DNA of 64,000 nucleotides from the human T2T-CHM13v2.0 reference genome, Homo sapiens. The stretch lies in assembly GCF_009914755.1 (NCBI RefSeq), contig NC_060925.1. The stretch is one strand, 5' to 3'. Below are positions 49,988 to 64,000 of this stretch, piece after piece. The first letter of the stretch is position 1. Each line of letters begins with the position of its first letter. The position numbers and the translations under genes are program-made. Below the pieces are notes generated by a model. The model had not been told where the DNA came from. It saw nothing but the letters and a program-made list of their open reading frames with translations, and made no database searches.

Positions 49988-51218
49988 TAGTAAGAGACAG
50001 GGTTTCTCCATGTTGATCAGGCTGGTCTCGAACTCCTGACCTCAGGTGATCCGCCCGCCTCGGCCTCTCAAAGTGTTGGGATTACAGGCGTGAGCCACCA
50101 TGCCTAGCCAGTAAATTCTTGTAAGTTCGAATATGATATGACCTCTAGTAATGTACATCTGTTGATGTCTCTAATTTCTGTATTAGTATATTCTTTGTAC
50201 TTCATTCTGTAGAGCATATGGTATTCACATAATACTTTTGGTTATTGGGTATGGCACATACAGTGCTAGGGTTCTCATTGTTTCTCAGTCCCAACAAGAA
50301 CATCTCATCAGAGGAGTTTAAGGTACATTTTAAGTTCATTCATTAGTATCTCCCCAGATAAACTTAATTGTAAGTCTGAATCCCTAAGCAAGAAATTAAG
50401 GTACTCCTTTAAAAAATACATTATTTAGTAAACAAAGCATCTCTGACTTCTATACATACAGCACCATTTGTTCAGTATTTTCAGTTCTTAAAAAAGAAAT
50501 AAAATTATAACATTTAGATCCAAAAGGGGCCTTAGAAACTTTTTTGAGTACATTCATTTTACATAGACTTAGGCTAGTTGCGTCTTAGCTCAGCCTAACG
50601 TATGTGACCACCTGACCTGATGTGATGCCCTTTCACTCTCAAAATGTAACAGTTTGAATGATAATGTACTCATCCTCACATAGTGGTGGAGGAGTATGGC
50701 ACTCAGATTTTCTACGTAGTTCAGTGTTCTTTCTGCTACCTTGATACTTTTTCAGATAATTTTTTCTTGTTAACCCTCAACAAAGCAACTAAGTGATTTT
50801 AAGGAAGTTGGGAGATTTATCTTTTTAAAGAGAAGATGTAGATTCTTTGAAAAAAGATGTTGTTTTCTTCTATTTAAATATTCAAGTGACACTGCCATTA
50901 TTTGTACTGAGTGTCCTTACAGTTAAATATTTATTTAATCATAGGATATTGAAGCCAGAGGGTATGTTATGGACGATCTAATCTAAACTAGTTATTTTAT
51001 ATGGGTTTTTTTGTGTGTGTGGAGACAGGACCTTGCCCTGTCATTCACCCTGGAGTATAGTAGCACAACTATGGCTCACTGCAGCCTTGACCCCCCGGGC
51101 TCAACCGATCCTTACATCTTGACCTCCCAAAATGTTGGGATTATGGGTGTGAGCCACCACACCTGGCCTATGCTTTTTTTTATATAAAGGTATTATAATT
51201 GTAACATAGAAAGTTTAG

Positions 51219-51483
<265 letters not shown>

Positions 51484-51550
51484 TGATCTATCCGCCTCGG
51501 CCTCCCAAAGTGCTGGGATTATAGGCATGAGCCACCGCGCCTGGCCCGCC

Positions 51551-51836
51551 TATACATTTAAATAGTGTATTTACATAATTTACATAATGGTATATGTACA
51601 TTTTTCTTTCCTGTGTTTTCACGAACTCTCATGCAAGCATCTTCATGTTATTTACAGACATGTACTTATCATCCATATAATATGGATGTACCTTTACATA
51701 TACATTTAAATAGTGTTTTACATAATGGTATATGTACATTTTTCTTTCCTGTGTTTTCACTAACTCTCATGCAAGCATCTTCATGTTATTTATAGACATG
51801 TACTTATTATCCACGTAATATGGATGCACCTTTACC
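51551..51836 (+). repeat. Tandem duplication of about 140 bp (148 + 138 bp, about 95% identical)
   Basis: Copy 1 51551-51698, copy 2 51699-51836. Confidence 0.93.
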
Positions 51837-52509
51837 TAACTATTCCCCTGTTACTATTCTTTAGGTTGCTTCTAGTTTTTCTACAACTATAAATAACATT
51901 TTTGTCCATGTGGCTTTTTCTTCTTTTTGTTTTTCCTTTCTACAGCCTGTTTTGCAAATGAAGACAGACCTAAGCTAATGAAAATGAATCTTTTTCAGGG
52001 GTTACATCTCAGATCTTTGGACTCTCGTGCTGATGCCCTTTCCATTATACCATAATGCTTGTTTTCTGTAAAGACTACATGGATTGAAAACACTATGTAT
52101 CAGCTGTCTTAGCCCATTGTTGGAACAAGGCAAGGTAGACATAAAATGTAAATAATTCAAGTTAAAAATTATCTAACCCGTCTCCTACCAAGTTAACAGT
52201 TTTATTTTGTAGGTACTTAGACTTAAATCAGTAACCTTCCAGTTTCCTATTGTTAATTCCTTTCCCCTTCTGCATAATAATTAAAGCTGAATGCTTAGCT
52301 TGTAGATTGTTGAGGAATTGATGTTGTGAGAACACTGACTATATCTAGATTAACTTCTGCAACAGCCCCTAGAATACCTCATTGTACCTAGCCCCTACCT
52401 AATGCTGTGCATTTACAGAGAAGTCTTAGGGGATTGTTAGCCAAACTGAATAGGGGACTACTCTATTTTTCCCCTTTTCTTGTCTTCCTTCTCTTTTTTT
52501 TTCCTAATT

Positions 52510-53580
52510 TATTTATTCAAGAAGTAGTTACTGAACGCCAACTAAGTGTTAAGCACTATTCTAGGTGCTGAGAATTCAGCAGTAAATAAAACTGACAAAA
52601 ATCCTTTCCCTTATGAGCCTATATTCTCGTGGGGGAGATAGGCAAAAAATAAATTGTATAGTATATTGGAAAATTATGTGTTATTTGGGAGAATAAAGCA
52701 AAGAAGGGTGGTAAGAGTGTTGTTGGCTTGATGTTGCAATTCTTTTTTTTTTTTTTTTTTTTGAGTCGGAGTCTTGCTCTTTCACCCAGGCTGAAGTGCA
52801 GTGGCGCAATCTTGGCTCACTGTAACCTCCGCCTCTGGGTTCAAGCGATTCAGCCTCAGCCTCCTCAGCAGCTGGGATTACAGACGCATGCCACCACACC
52901 CGGCTAATTTTTGTATTTTTAGTAGAGAGGGGGTTTCACCATGTTGGTCAAGCTGGTCTTGAACTCCTGACCTCAGGTGATCCACCCATCTTGGCCTCCC
53001 AAAGTGCTGGGATTATAGGCGTGAGCTACCGCACCTGGCCTGATGTTGCAGTTTTAAGTAAGGTAGTCAGGAACATATTCACTGAGAAAGGAACATTTGA
53101 GCAAGATTTAAAGGTGGTGATTGAACGAGCCATGAGAAAAACGGGGGAAGAAAGTTCCAGAACAGTGAGCTTAACAGACCGTGAAGCAAGGACTCACCCA
53201 GGTGTGTTGGAGGCCTTGTAAAGACAGCAAGGTGGCCTCTGTGGCTACAATGGAATCAGTGGTGATGAAGAAATTAGGTCAGGAAGATAACACAGTGCCA
53301 GATTGTTTAGGATTTCTAGGCCATTGTAAGGACTTTGAACTTTACTCTTGTTAAAGAGGGGACCATTATGGGAGGGATTTAAGAAGTAGAATAATATGAT
53401 CAATTTATATTTTTAAAGGATCACCCTCTCTTCTGAGTTGAGATTAGACTGAAGCCAGGCAAAGGTAGAAGCAGGGAGACTAGGTAGGAGGCTACTGCAA
53501 TAATTCAAGCAAAAGATGATAGTGACTTAGACCACAGGCAGTGATGGAGGTAGTAAGTAGTGGTTGGAGTCTGTATATGT
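52510..53580 (-). mobile_element. L2a-like fragment with an Alu insertion (52741-53040, TSD TGATGTTGCA)
   Basis: GCACTATTCTAGGTGCTGAG; GGCCATTGTAAGGACTTTG; GGAGGCTACTGCAATAAT. Confidence 0.7.
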
Positions 53581-53837
53581 TTTTTAAACTTGTTATTTTT
53601 GAATAATTTCAGATGTTAAAAAAGTTTCAAGAGTATTACAAAAACCTTCTGTGTACTTTCCACTCAGATTCCCATTATTAACATTTTAACATATTTGCTT
53701 TATCTCTCTTACTGCTCTCTCTACAGGCACACACACACTTTTTTTTTCTGAACTGTTTGAGCATATGTTGCAGACATGCTGCCCTATTTAGTACTTTGGT
53801 GTTCATTTCTTAAAAACAAGGATATTCCTTAAACAGT

Positions 53838-53985
53838 TGCATTAGTCAGCTTGGCTGCCATAACAAAATACCACAGACTGGGTGGCTTAAACAAAGAAAT
53901 TGATTTTCTCACAGTTCTAGAGGTTGCAGAGTTCAAGATCAAGGTCCAGTTTGGTCTCTGGTGAGGGCTCAGGGCTCCTTCCTGG
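53838..53985 (-). mobile_element. MLT1 (MaLR) LTR fragment
   Basis: GCTGCCATAACAAAATACCACAGACTGGGTGGCTTAAACA...TCTCACAGTTCTAGAGG. Confidence 0.8.
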
Positions 53986-54273
53986 CTTTAGTCTGTCACA
54001 CAGACTAGAGTACAGTGGGGCGATTGTGGCTCATTGCACCCTCAGCCTCGCAGGCTCAAGTGATCCTCCCACGTCAGCCTCTGAGTAACAGGACTACAGT
54101 TATGCAATTACGCCTGGCTAACTTAAAATTTTTTTTTGGAGAGATAGCGTCTTATTGTGTTGCTCAGGCTGGTACCAACCTCATAGAATTGTGGTGAGGA
54201 TGTAAGTTAATATCTGTATCCTCTTTAAACAGTCCCTGGCATATAGAAAGTATTAAATAAGTTAAAAATTATA

Positions 54274-59687
<5,414 letters not shown>

Positions 59688-60126
59688 CTAGATGCATACA
59701 TAGGATCATATTATTTTGCAGGACATTCGTCTAGTGATGAAAGCAGCAGCAGAGCCTCCCTCCAGTAGATGGGAAGACTAAGACGTATCTGAGTAGTATC
59801 TGGATTGGTTGATGGGGAGAGGGTCTATCTGTAATAAATGTTAAGCAATTTGCTTGAGGTCACATTCTGATTTGATTACAAAGCCCATGCTCTTTCTACT
59901 AACCTTGGTATTTCTGCAACAAGTTGAGCATGTTCAACTCATTTTTTTTTTGTCTTCTCAGATGTTTGAGACTATAATTTTGTTTTATTTTAGCTTCTCC
60001 AGAGTTACTGGGTCTTTTTTTTTAGTGCCAAACATCTACAAAGTGAGGGAGAAATGTCCTTGAGGAGTACCTTGAACAGAAACTTAACGTGAAGTAGTCA
60101 AGGTTTTTAGTATGTTTGGTAAACTG

Positions 60127-60224
60127 ATCCATTAGTTCATTTGTCAGTTTATCCATCCAGCCTCCCTTCCATCCATTAGTTCATTTGTCGGTTTATCCAT
60201 CCATCCTTCCTCCCTTCCATCCAT
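60127..60224 (+). repeat. Tandem duplication (44 + 48 bp), rich in ATCC/CCAT
   Basis: ATCCATTAGTTCATTTGTC(A/G)GTTTATCCATCCA at 60127 and 60171. Confidence 0.9.
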
Positions 60225-60314
60225 GTAATTACATTCATCTTTTTATATCCATGTAAGAAAAAAAAATAACCAGTTACAGTTTGAGAACACTGTATTTGGA
60301 ATAAGTTGAACTAA

Positions 60315-60494
<180 letters not shown>

Positions 60495-60581
60495 TAAGTA
60501 AATCTTTATTGCTCTATGGGATCTAAACTTAGACAACTTAGAATTTTAGTTTCTTAACCCATTAAGAACTGTAATAATTGA

Positions 60582-61038
<457 letters not shown>

Positions 61039-61501
61039 ATGTTTTTCTTTTAAAAGCTCTCTCTTCTGTTTTCAAAAGCTGGTCTCCTGTTTATCCTTAC
61101 TTGACCATGTATGTCTCCTGGTGATAATCTCTGAATGTGCTTCCTTCTAACTGCTGTGTCTGTTTTGTTTGTTTGTTTTAACACATTTCATTTCTTCTTT
61201 CTGAGTCTTACTGAAATTTTTTTCCCTCCATGAAATCTGTAAAGAGAAACGGAAATTATTTCCCACCGTCATACTCCCAACTCCATGTTGATTTAATTTC
61301 ATTTTTAGCGGTAGTTGGATCCAGCACTTGCCACAGTGTATTCCTATGAAATGATCAGAGGAAGAAGGGTTCTGTGCTCAAAAAAGTTTAGAAAATGATC
61401 CATACTACTTTTCCTTTCCTGAAGATTCAAAGTTCACATTACCATATCAATAATTTTATTTCTTTTTGGAGCTTTACAAAACTAATTTCAAAACATTTCC
61501 T

Positions 61502-63620
<2,119 letters not shown>

Positions 63621-63688
63621 TTAATAAATAAAATGCATTTAGAAGAGACAGAATTGTCATTACTTGCAGGTAATATAATTATCTACAT

Positions 63689-63893
63689 CAGGGGGGCAAC
63701 CCTTTTCTGTAAAGGGTCGATAGTTAAGTAGTTTAGGCTTTTTGAGCCATAGTGTCTCTGTCACAGCTCCTTAACAATGCCATTCTAGCATGAAAGCACC
63801 AAACAGTACAGAAACAAATGGGTATGGCTATCTTCCAATAAGAATAGGCAGCAGGCCAGATTTGGTCTGAGGTTCATAATTTGCCAGCCCTTA
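63689..63893. mobile_element. MER58A-like hAT element inside an old plus-strand L1 ORF2 fragment
   Basis: TTTTCTGTAAAGGG...GGCAGCAGGCCAGATTTGG. Degenerate 8-bp TSD ATCTACAT/GCCTACAT. L1 continues with AACATACAAAATCAGTAGCTTTCCTAT. Confidence 0.75.
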
Positions 63894-64000
63894 GCCTACA
63901 TAGAAAGTCATGATGATCAACTAATAAGATAACTCAGCTAAATAGCCAGATTCAAGTTGAACATACAAAATCAGTAGCTTTCCTATGTATGCCAGCAGCA

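Overview
This is primate, almost certainly human, genomic DNA containing the 5' end of RPRD2 (CID-domain RNA polymerase II CTD-binding protein) on the + strand. It includes a CpG-rich promoter (~6.7-8.1 kb) with NRF1, YY1, GC-box and CCAAT motifs, coding exon 1 (ATG 7795 to 7999), a 52.4-kb intron 1 (8000-60363) and coding exon 2 (60364-60493). The rest is very Alu-dense (many nested and inverted copies) over old L1M, L2 and MIR fragments. It also holds a MER21 solo LTR, Tigger/MER DNA transposon remnants and a twin-primed (5'-inverted) L1PB. Nearly all ORFs in the supplied track are Alu, L1 or microsatellite artefacts. I found no convincing new protein-coding system. The most unusual signals are: (i) an exact 50-bp inverted copy of an Alu/L1 junction 6 kb away and a second 77-bp local templated insertion; (ii) a sense-oriented retroposed mRNA 3' end with its own AATAAA and TSD; (iii) candidate intron-1 regulatory elements, namely an early poly(A) site, poison exons and a dense YCAY cluster before exon 2; (iv) a 5'UTR (GCC)8 in frame with the CDS. 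Repeat family names come from recalled consensus sequences, and repeat boundaries are approximate unless a TSD is given.
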